From Epiperipatus broadwayi (Eukaryota > Animalia > Onychophora), in NCBI GenBank assembly GCA_028023455.1, contig JAQFVV010000004.1:25606001-25670000 (forward strand): a DNA stretch of 64,000 nucleotides. The letters are read 5' to 3'. Each line of letters starts with the position of its first letter. The first letter of the stretch is position 1. The translations under genes were made by a program, and so were the position numbers. The notes beneath the pieces were generated by a model. It had not been told where the DNA came from, did no database searches, and saw only the letters and a list, made by a program, of their open reading frames with translations. This document shows, in pieces, positions 1 to 10,865 of this stretch.

Positions 1-2804
1 TTAAAATCACATGTATATATGGGTATTTCATGTACTACTGTGATACATATAGAGTGCAATATTATCTAGAAGTTTATTGTGATTCTTAAATTTAATCTTG
101 AATACTTGTAAACAAGAATCATGCCAATCGCATTTTTTAGTATAATGTAAGTTAAAATCTAAAATCTTAATTTTTAGTAATAATATTTTCCTAAAATATC
201 ATTTCTGGTAAACAAAATTTACTGAACTGAAACTATTACCAGGACCTTAGTAATCTGTAGTGGTCAAACTTAACCACAAATACCCCCATAAAAGATTAAA
301 ACAAAAGTTTAAATAATTTTCATAAACTAAAATTTAAAATAAGTGCTAATGGATTTGCTAGCAGTAAAAAATCTTGTTGAGAGTAATATAGTCACATTTC
401 AAATACATATAAATAGACTATATTTTATACATCAGGAGATATACTTAATAATTTTAAAGAAGTGTTGCCATGAGTCTCCATGCAAATTGTTATTTTGACA
501 TGGCAGAATAGGAAGGCATAGATTTTCCATTTTCCTGTGGGAGGATGGTGATCTCTAGTCCTGTCCTATGCACCTAATTGTGCATCACTACCACTGTGGG
601 AGACATTCTAACCAATGGTCAGCCACAAAAAAAAAATCATTTGAACATGCCATTTATCCAGAGATCGAGAAAGCAACTACACCCATCATCTGATGTGCTC
701 AAGACATAAGCTTCTAGAAGATAGGTAACCATTCAAGTACCACAGAGCTCTAATATAAATTTCTTAATCTTTAAACCTTCATCTTAAAAGCTAGCTTAAT
801 GTAATACTGAACATTCAGACCTAACTCTTTAAATTATTATCTAAAGTAAAATATATAGTTTGTATAAATATTATCTGAAATTAAATCTGTAAACTTCCAT
901 TAAATTATTCTAAATTTAAACAATTGTAACCAAATTTATTTAAATTTCTTATTCACTGCAGGTATACCTATATATGTATTTTGATCTACTTTTTTCTCTA
1001 AAATGTATATTTGATATAATATGCCAAATCTTTCAAAGCAATGAACATTTTAAATGTTAATAGATTCAAGAAAGATATTTGATATTTTCAATTTTAATAT
1101 ATTTTAAAATACTTATTTAGCTTGCACACATGCTGGTTTGAAATCCTTTATGTTGAATAATAACCGATCGCTATGCATTCAATATTATCAGTTGATTCAA
1201 TTTTATATACTATTAAATATCTATTATAGTTTGCATGATCGTAGTTATAACCTATGACTTTAAATATATGTTTTATTAAAAGAGATAGACTAGCTGATAG
1301 ATAAAAGTATATTTATTAATGTATCATTAATTGCTAGTTAAATGTATTTTCTCCTCCCCAGTAAAAACTAATTCAAGATGCAGAGTGAGGATATTAAACT
1401 AGATTAATAATTTACGTTTATTCTATTAATATAGCATGATTATGTTGCTTGATTTAAGAACCGAGTTCTGTTAGTTATACAGATAGAAACTGATAAAAAC
1501 TATCTGTTTTTAGATGCATTTAATTTAAATATACATATTTGTATTTTACTTTATTGTGTTGTGGATATGTTTTTACAAAGTACACTTTGTACATTACATC
1601 TTGCTGCACCTTTTTCTGAACTCATATGGGAGACCTCCCCCATACACTTATGTGAGGTACGAACACTATGCATGTTACTTGGTAAAGGGTCCAGGACTCT
1701 TGAGTAGCCTATCTGAGTTCCCAGAACTACAAATCTTCATTATTAGTAGCAAGCTGTTTGTTACTGTGTACTACACATTCAATGCAAAAGTCTGTGAATA
1801 ATTATTCATCTGCACTGAAATCTTATTTAGCAATATTTTGGTCTGTACCGTAGTGTACATATGTTGGCCTAAGGCAATCAGTTCTTTCCCCTTATAGTTA
1901 ATGATTATTCAGCATTAATCTGAAACCAAATCTCTATTATTAGAATAAAACTGCATCATTCTTGAGTGTGATTATATGCTCATGTCTTATATGTATAACA
2001 TCAGACACTTTAGTGCTGTAATCAATATTCTATCCTAGGCTAGCATGTCCACTATAAAATAGAAAACCATGATATTAATGTAGGATTTTAGCATATTAAA
2101 CTTTTAAGCATAATTTATTAACTGCACACACATACTTATCTTTAGATATATGATGAGAAATGCTGTAATTCAATTAAATCTCATAGGTCATGTCACACCT
2201 GCATGTGTTTGATCTCACATCTTAAACATGTATAATTAATGATTTTATTGATTAATTTGTATTATTAATAAATCATTTTAAATTTAATTTGTTTCATATC
2301 ATTGAACTCATAGACTAATTCCAATCCAATTATAATTCATTTATTATCTTACATATATATGATATGCATTATAGTTCTAACTGTTAACTTTATATTTAGT
2401 TAATTAGTGTGTTATTTAGTTCAATTAACCCTTCAAATAGCCATTTTGGGTAATCTGTTCTGAAGACTCATATTTCTCCCTATTCGGAGCCAGCTCACAG
2501 ATTAAATTGAGACCCATGTGTAACCTCAGAAATGTCATTCAGAAGATGTTAAATCACAAAGTATTTGAGAATGAGTTAGAATTTGATCAGACTCAGGATC
2601 TCACCATCCCTTTTCGATCAGCTTTAGGGTATTTTACCTGGACTCTGGATTTTGTTAATACAAATCTGACTGTTACACCAGCAAAATGTAAGGCTATACA
2701 TATTTGAATGTGAGAGAGACTTGGAACAAAATATAGTGTATTTTGTAGCACCATTATATCTAGAAATTTTCTCAATAATACTTGATATTCAATAAATAAA
2801 AAAT

Positions 2805-2970
2805 GATCCAAAGCTCCTCACTGACGAAGGCCACAAGCCAGAAACTAGTCTGGGGATATTGGATGAGTAGGCATTAGATAGGGATTTTATGCACAAGCCT
2901 TCTGGCATCCATTGATTACTCTGTTTAGCACAGGTGGCAATACTGTATGGAGAGTTTTGCTCTGTTTAAA
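2805..2970 (+). mobile_element. Short non-coding HHR-bearing repeat, family A, copy 1 (PLE pLTR- or retrozyme-like)
   Basis: gatccaaagctcctcactga...ttttgctctgtttaaat recurs at 10607-10790 (-), 34155-34290 (+, decayed), 36811-36995 (-) and in part at 37266-37313 (-); no ORF attached. Confidence 0.8.
2816..2855 (+). ncRNA. Minimal type I hammerhead ribozyme, canonical C3-G8 core
   Basis: CCUCA-CUGACGA-A-GGC(CACAA)GCC-A-GAAA-CUAG-UC-UGGGG: 5-bp stem I, CUGANGA and GAAA cores, palindromic stem III ACUAGU, GUC cleavage triplet. Confidence 0.8.
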
Positions 2971-5900
2971 TAAAAAATGACTATTCATCACTAAAGAATA
3001 AAATAACAGTAACATCACAAAAATGCTTTCTTGAAAAGCAGTCGGCTAATCTATTAAAAAGCTGAAAATTATTTATAACTTGATCCATAGGTTTGAGAAA
3101 TAATTGAAGCTATTATAAAGGTAGAAAAAAATCATATTCTTTATTGCACAATGTTTTGTAAACTAACGAATTAGACCTATTAATTTTCTCTACTGCAATA
3201 TTTAGCTAAATAAATCTCACAATAAAAAGGGAATAAAATCTTTGCATTTCATCTTTCATTTTCTAAAAAACTGGAATTGTTTCAAAGTTATATAAAAAAA
3301 TGAATTAGTATCATCTAAACTAGCAGTTATGTATATGAAAATTATTCAACTAGGAATTAATTAAAATAAAAATGACTAAAGCAGGTCAGTTTTTTACAGA
3401 GTAAATGAATATAAGATTTACTGCTAGTTTGTTCACACAATGATTTATAAATAAAATATCAACAAATGATATATTCTAGAAAGATGATTATGAAACATAT
3501 AGTGGCTTTTAATTGTAACTCCTTTGAAGTGCTGCATTATAATTATAGTTAAAATTGACATTTCTTTAGCAGCAATTATTAACAATTAAAACCAATCTAC
3601 TTCATACAAATATATAGATTATGAAACTTATAGCTATTATTACTTCACAGAATGGTGTGAAGATCTAATCTTTCACATCAAATTATGGTTATCTGTTAAA
3701 ATCCAACATGTAGTTATTTTTTTATGATAGAATTCCTCATTCAAAACTATTATATAGTGTTCACACTTATTAGATACTGAAAATATCCAATAAAACATGT
3801 CCATGTGAACATAATTTACACAATTTAACATTCCATTTAAGTGACCCATTCAAATTTAAATATTATTAGCCTATAATCAAGATTAGAAATCCACTAACTA
3901 GCAGGGCATGAAATATAAACAACACAAATCAAATGTAATAATAAATTTTAATTACTTGTTTAGTTATTTTGTGAAATTAATTCATCAAATTTCTGATCAA
4001 AATATTAAATATATTTTTTAATTTTTTCCTTTGTATCTAATATAAAAATAACAATCTTATGGCAGTAGTATTCTGAAATGGAAAGAAAGTATATCAGTTA
4101 ATATTAAGATATATTTCATAGACAAATTGCCAGGTGATTTTGATAAAATTGACAGACATTTTACAATCATAAACTTACTGACTGTTACTAAAATAGTAGT
4201 TTGTGTTTACTTTAGTATCACATCTGCTAATATTTCCACTCATGTTTTGTAACAAAAATCAATTGAAACTTCAAATCATTTTGCTTTATATCTATAGTAA
4301 CTTTTTATTAAGATAAAAAGATCTAGTTTCTGTTTTTAGAAAAACTGTGGAACAACATTTAAGTTGTAGTTTGTCACTGATTATAAAATATTGTTTCCTA
4401 ATAGCAAGAATGAAGATAATTTATTGTAGAAAAAAGATAAGAATTTTTATAACAGCAACTTTCATTGATGTAATACAACTTGCATGGAAAATAAAAATAC
4501 TACAATTTATAATTCAATTCAGACTCAAACATATAAAAAAAAACTAAAACCTATATATTTTAATTGTCTGCGCTCAATATGAGGTCCCAATTTTGGGTTA
4601 TTTATGAATGTAAATCTTCTTTAAATAGAGTAAAGTTCATGTGTTCTTGGTAATTATTAAATGCCTCATAGAAATAATATATCAGATAAAATTTATTTGA
4701 ATTATAACAATGATGACATTTTCTTTATAGAAATTATTCATAAAAAAATGAGCTTTCAAAAAAGCCAGATTAAAAATCCATATCTTGATTTCACACATTA
4801 GTAATGTAACTTCAAGAATTTGTTACCTAAATTCTCTTAGCCCAAATAATTGTGGAGATGTCAATTTGAATTAGCCTTTTTTAATTTTTTTTTTTAAAAA
4901 AAGATTTTAATTATACAAAAATTTTATCTATTATATTTAAAACTCTGAAATAATTTTTTAACCGTTTTCAATGAGTATTTATTTTTTGATAGTTATAATT
5001 TGGCTAGCTCTACATATTTTCAATTTGACGTATATTGTATTAGCAATTTTTTAATAATTCTCTCTCTCCTCTCATGTACTTTTATACATTTACAATATAT
5101 ATATATATATGTTAAGGTAAATGGCATTTGAATAATCACTGCAGGACAAACGCTTCTCTAATACACTTCCTTTAACAGAACAATGAAAAAAAAGACAGGT
5201 CTACCAATTATTTATTTGATAGAATATATGCTGTGTGTATAAATTAAAATCAATTTTGTTAAAAATAATTTAAAAAAAAAAATGATATTCTATATGACCA
5301 TTTTGTTATAACATTTTTGGAAGGAGTAATTGAATTTCTACCACTTTTACTCATAGTCAAGCAAAAACACTTTTTCATTCCTCCCGAGAATTCTAACCAC
5401 ACAATCTTGAAGTGATAAGAGGCCTTCAACTATCTTTAATGCGAAGTAGCTTTGTCTTCCATTGAAAAAAAAATGTTCGGAGAATTCATGATTTCTTAAA
5501 ATCTAACTACAGATTTAAAGAGGAAATTACATTTTCTAAAGAAAAAAATAGTTTTTGATTACAAAATGGATTGACAAGAATTTTTTTAAAAGTTTTATTC
5601 ATTTTTTGTTGCAAACAATTTTCGTTTGCTTTTACTTTAAAAAAAAAAGAAAGTTCTTTTTAAATATTTTTGAATTTTATATAATATAAAATACAAACTA
5701 TTAAATTATTGGTTAATGGTATTTAGTAATGATTATCATTTTATTGTGATAAATAGTTGATTTTATGATTAAGTTTCATTTTCCAGGCAAAAGAAGAAAG
5801 TTAATCAAACATCAGATCTAATTATATTTAACTCATAAAAGAGATCAAATTTAAATATAAAGTAAAATAATATTTTCGATTTTTGTTTTTACATTTATTT

Positions 5901-6624
5901 TGACATCTTTATAAAACAATTTTACTTAATCTTTTATCAAGATTTTATTTTATAAAGCTTACTAGTAAGAAAAGAATTTTATAACTGCAAAATATTTTTT
6001 CAGTTTAACTAAATAAGTATAAGAATGATCGGATTTGACCTAGAATCGAAGAGAGGTGAAAAATCAACATTTATAACGGGATTCCAACGCTTGTATAAAG
6101 GCATAGTCAAAAGTTATTTAAAAACTCAACAAGATTTTTATTTCTGTCAAGTAAGTATAAATAAGATTTATATAGATATAAATATTGTACATTTGAAAAA
6201 TGCAAGAAAAAAATGTACGTTAAGGAAATAAAACTTTCCTCCGATACAATATTATGGAAGTAATATAATTTTCTTCTTCTTTCTCCCTTTTTTATGTATT
6301 GATTTCTATATTTACATATGATACCATTTCCAACTTCCTTATAAACTTAACAATACTATTTTTTACATCAAGGCTACTCTTACAGGATCCTACAGTCATT
6401 ATCAGAACTATAATGTCCAAATATATAATCATACAATTAATACACTATATTTACACACATAATCAATAACATACATCTTAATCTAACGATTTTGAATAAT
6501 TATTTTCCATTTTATTATTCTATTCATAGCCAATTTTATTCTCTTATTTATAAATTAATATATATATATATAGGCTCTGCGCACAGTTAATGAAGCTATT
6601 AATAAATTGTCAAAATTTTTTACT

Positions 6625-6666
6625 GCCAAGCGCTTTCGGGACAGTCTACAGTCCCATATTCATGGC
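6625..6666 (-). ncRNA. Hammerhead ribozyme variant with A3-U8 core (left arm)
   Basis: Reverse complement is identical to the motif at 6811-6852. Confidence 0.7.
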
Positions 6667-6810
6667 GAGTTATTCTGTTAATAACTGTAAAACTATGCAA
6701 ATTTTATGCAAATTTATATGCAGATGTTACGTGGACCATTTACGAGATAGGGAACAGCAGGCCTCTCTTCTGTTGATTGCATAATTTTACAGTTATTAAC
6801 AGAATAACTC

Positions 6811-6852
6811 GCCATGAATATGGGACTGTAGACTGTCCCGAAAGCGCTTGGC
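6811..6852 (+). ncRNA. Hammerhead ribozyme variant with A3-U8 core (right arm)
   Basis: GCC-AUGAAUA-U-GGGAC(UGUAGACU)GUCCC-GAAA-GCGC-UU-GGC: stem I GCC/GGC, perfect 5-bp stem II, GAAA, palindromic AAGCGCUU stem III. Confidence 0.7.
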
Positions 6853-6966
6853 AGTAAAAAATTTTGACAATTTATTAATAGCTTCATTAACTGTGCGCAG
6901 AGCACATATATATATTAATTTATTTAAGCGTTAATGAAGTAAAATCTTAACTATCTCTTATTTATA

Positions 6967-9437
6967 GTATTTTATTATTAAATTATTCTAAATCAATTTT
7001 ATTATAATTTTAAAAACTTTAATCTTTAAACTACTATTTAATCTATCAGTATATTTATCTTTTTAATTATATTTTCTTAATTACTTCTAAACTTTCTTTC
7101 TTTTTATTATATATTTAACTATTAACTTTTTTACATTATAAATTACCTTTTTATTACATTACTAAATACTTACATCTTTATAATCCTATTTCCAAAAACC
7201 AAGAGACAAATTTTCAAAAATTCTTATACTTGTTTAACAACTCCCTTCATCATCATTTTCTTCAACTTCATTTTTAAACCTTTTTATATTCAAACTATTA
7301 TTAATAATAACTATAATTATTCATAAAATTATTGTCTTTACTCCAAAATCCCTATTAAGATTTTGTTTTATATTTTTAATCAATATTGCCTTTAATTTTC
7401 CTACCCCTTCTATTACTTATATAATTGATCATTTTTATACTATCCTTCTCAAACACACGACCTGTTTCTAATAAATGCAAATAAATAGGTGACCTCTTAT
7501 CATACTTATGTTGAACTAATCTTGTATAAATTGAATTCTTTGTCTCACTTACATAATTAGTTTTTATATTTTTAGTTTTACATGACTTACATTCAATTTT
7601 ATATACCCCATTTATGCATTTTTCCACTTTCTTTACATATTTATTATCTAATATATTAAGTATATTTTTCCTTCTTTTATTTACTATCTTAAATTTTATT
7701 ACATTATTAAACTTTTTATTAATTTTAATAATTATTTTAATCATTCTTTTTTCAATACTATTATTATAAGTTCTAATATCCAGATATTCATTCTTATCTA
7801 TTTTTTCTTTTCTACATACTATCTCCTTATTTTTATTAAATTTTTCTTCTGATTTCCTTATATTTTCCTCTATAATTTTCTCTGAATATTAATTCTCTTT
7901 AAATTCTTTAAATATCAATTCTACCTGTTTACTATAATCTTTATCTGAGCAATAATTCCTAGCTCTATATATTCCTGAATTTATACTACTTATTTTATAT
8001 TTTAAATCTATATTCAAATTCAAATTAATTAGATTACTATCCATATTTGATTTTATATATATAGATGTTTCTATCTAGCACTTACCATTTCTATTTAACT
8101 TCTTAAGCAAAATATCTAAATATGATAATTTATTATCATTTTTTTTTTCTATTGTAAATTTTATATTTTTATCTAACTTATTAATCTCTTCAAGATATAT
8201 ATCTATTTGTCTTTGTCTCTTGTTAAAAATCAATAAATAATCATCAACATACCTTTTCATAAAAATTGGACCATTACTATTATTAATCATCAAATATTCC
8301 ATATTCTCCGTATATATATATATATATACTAAATACCTCTCTTAATACTCACTATTAATAATCCTTTCCATTGTTTATAATATTCTCCATTAAATTCAAA
8401 CATAATCTCTTTACAACTAATTCTCATTATTTCCCTCAATTTCTCTATTGGTATGTTTACTTTTTTAGGCTTATCATTTCTATATTTTTTTATTGCTAAC
8501 TCTATTGCTGCTTCATTATTTATATTCATATACAGTGACACAATATCTATTTTTACCATATCAACTTATAATTATTATAATCATTTATTTGATCTCTAAT
8601 CTCTTTTATTAGTTTTTATTATTTTTAATATAAAAACTACTTTTATCATTAATGTATTTTTTAAAAATATTATTTGATATCCATTTAGATATTCTATCAA
8701 AATATGAATTTGTTCCATTTATAACTTCTCTAAATATTTTTGGTGCTCCATATATTCTTGCCATACCACAATCATTATTTCCCGATAATGCAAATATTTT
8801 TCTAAGTATTAATCCATTATTATATAATCCTTTTACCAATTCATAAACCTTCCAATTTTTTAATTTAGTATTATATTTTTTTTATTTTAATAAAATACTC
8901 CTCTGACAATAATATATTCTTCTTTATTCAGTAATACTAGTTTATTACTTTTATCTGATTTTATAAACACTATCTCTTACTCATATTTATTCCTTATTTC
9001 TTTAACTTCTTTACTTTAATTACATTACTTAAATTATTTATTCCCTTATTTTTCTTTTTATCCTTATTTTCAATACTTAATTTTTTTTATTTTATATACC
9101 ATATTATCACTTCTTCTTTAAAACTCTCCACCCACAATTTATCTTTTATATTAATTACATTATTAATATCCTAATTTTTATAATAATATACACCATAATT
9201 ACTCTCCAAATCCTTTTGTGCTATTTTCTCTACTAATGTTGCACTTCTATTACATCTTTATTTTTACATATTCCATATGGCACATATTTTATACCTTAAC
9301 TTAATACATTCTTTTCTTCTTCAGTAAGTTCAATATTCATTAAATTACAAATCTTATGTTCATATTTATTAAATCCTTCTTTATAATCCTTAATTTCTTT
9401 TCCTTTCTTCAACCTATCCATTTTCTTCTCGTGTCTT
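6967..9437 (-). pseudogene. Degraded Penelope-like retroelement ORF (RT plus C-terminal GIY-YIG endonuclease), extremely A-rich coding strand
   Basis: ORF fragments: YGAPK (8609-8839), DIVSLYMNI...FNGEYYKQWKG (8329-8559), RYVDD...IKFTIEK...LSYLDI (8075-8302), GVYKIECKSC...YVSETK...TRLVQH (7376-7744); many stops and frameshifts. Confidence 0.9.
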
Positions 9438-9452
9438 ATTATTGTATTTCTA

Positions 9453-10592
9453 TAGACATGAGAAGAAAATGGATAGATTGAAGAAAGGAAGATAAATTAA
9501 GGATTACAAAGAAGGATTTAATAAATATGAGCACAAGATTTGTAATTTAACAAATACTGAACTTACTGAAAAAGAAAAAAATGTATTAAGTAAAGGTATA
9601 AAATATGTGTCATATGGAGTATGTAAAAATAAGAATTTAATAGAAGTGCAAACATTAGTAGAGAAAATAGCACAAAAGTATTTGGAGAGCAATTATTGTA
9701 TATATTATGAAAATAAGGGATATTAATAATGTAATTAATATAAAAGATAAATTGTGGATGGACAGTTTTAATGAAGAAGTGAATAATATGGTATATAAAA
9801 TAAAAAAATTAAGTATTGAAAATAAGGATAAAAAAAGGGGATAAATAATTTAAGTAATGTAATTAAAGTAAAAGAAGTTAAAGAAATAAGGAATAAATAT
9901 GAGGAAGAGATAGTGTTTATAAAATCAGATAAAAGTAATAAACTAGTATTAATGAATAAAAAAGAATATATTGGTAAAATGGATATATTATTGTCAGAGG
10001 AGTATTTTATTAAAATAAAAAAAGATGATACTAAATTAAAAAATTGGAAGGTTTATGAATTAGTAAAAGGATTATATAATAATGGATTAATAGATAGTAT
10101 TATTAGGAAATAAGGATTGTGGTATGGCAAAAATATATGGTGCACCAAAAATATTTAGAGAAGTTATAAATGGTACAAATTCATATTTTGATAGAATATC
10201 TAAATGGATATCAAATAATATTTTTAAGAAATACATTAATGATAAAAGTAGTTTTTATATTAAAAATAATAAAATAAAAGAGATTAGAGGTAAAATAAAT
10301 GAATATAATAATTATAAGTTTGACTATGGTAAAAATAGATGCTGTGTCAATGTGAACAAATATAAATGTAGAAGAAGCAATAGAGTTAGCGATAAAAAGA
10401 TATTGAAATGATGAGCATAAAAAATACTAATAGAGAAATTGAGGGAAATAATGAAAAATAGTTGTAAAGAGATTACATTTGAATTTAATGGAGAATATTA
10501 TAATCAAAAGAAAGGATTATTAATAGGAGTATTAAGTGGGGTACTTAGTAATATATATATAAAGAATATGGAACATTTAATAATTAATAATA
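9453..10592 (+). pseudogene. Inverted duplicate of the 5' half of the same PLE (N-terminus to just before YVDD)
   Basis: Reverse complement of ~8279-9437, roughly 90% identical by eye; NLTNTELTEKEKNVLSKG, IKSDKSNKLVLMNKKEY, YGAPK and FNGEYYNQKKG motifs. Confidence 0.9.
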
Positions 10593-10593
10593 T

Positions 10594-10865
10594 ATGTATT
10601 GCCACTCTATATGTATTGCCACTCAATGCAAGCCAGAGTAATTAATGGATGCCAGAAGGCTTGTGCATAAAATCCCTATCTAGTGCCTATTCCTTCAATA
10701 TCTCCAGACTAGTTTCTGGTTTGTGGCCTTCATCAGTGAGGAGCCTTGGATCTGAGAACACTGCATCTAGATCTTAGGATATGCACAAGTCTTCTGACAT
10801 CCATTGATTACTCTGGCTTGCATTGAGCGGCAATATGTATAGAGAGTTTTGCCTGTTTTAATATT
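10594..10865 (-). mobile_element. Family A repeat, copy 2, as a fold-back
   Basis: Minus-strand unit ~10607-10790 plus an inverted 3' piece ~10781-10860; arms tattgccactcaatgc...ttgtgcat (10612-10667) and atgcacaag...gcggcaata (10781-10835). Confidence 0.8.
10702..10741 (-). ncRNA. Minimal hammerhead ribozyme, C3-G8 core (family A)
   Basis: Reverse complement CCUCA-CUGAUGA-A-GGC(CACAA)ACC-A-GAAA-CUAG-UC-UGGAG; one mismatch each in stems I and II. Confidence 0.7.

Larger units (their letters stand above)
6553..6953. mobile_element. Young fold-back cassette with two HHRs, flanked by a 13-bp direct repeat
   Basis: Arms 6574-6700 and 6777-6903 are reverse complements with one mismatch in 127 bp; 76-bp spacer; tctcttatttata at 6540-6552 and 6954-6966. 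Confidence 0.85.

Noticed and set aside
540-630. A-box-like gtggctgaccattggttag on the minus strand as a second SINE head
   Set aside because: No recognisable B box at the right spacing and no second copy in the window.
1556-1900. GC-richer block with an 81-aa ORF as a possible host exon or integrase fragment
   Set aside because: Stops in the other frames checked, no convincing splice pair and only a vague motif resemblance.
6380-6415. Minus-strand CUGAUAA-U-GACUG as the ribozyme of the old AT-rich PLE
   Set aside because: The 3-8 pair is mismatched and there is no stem II partner or GAAA.
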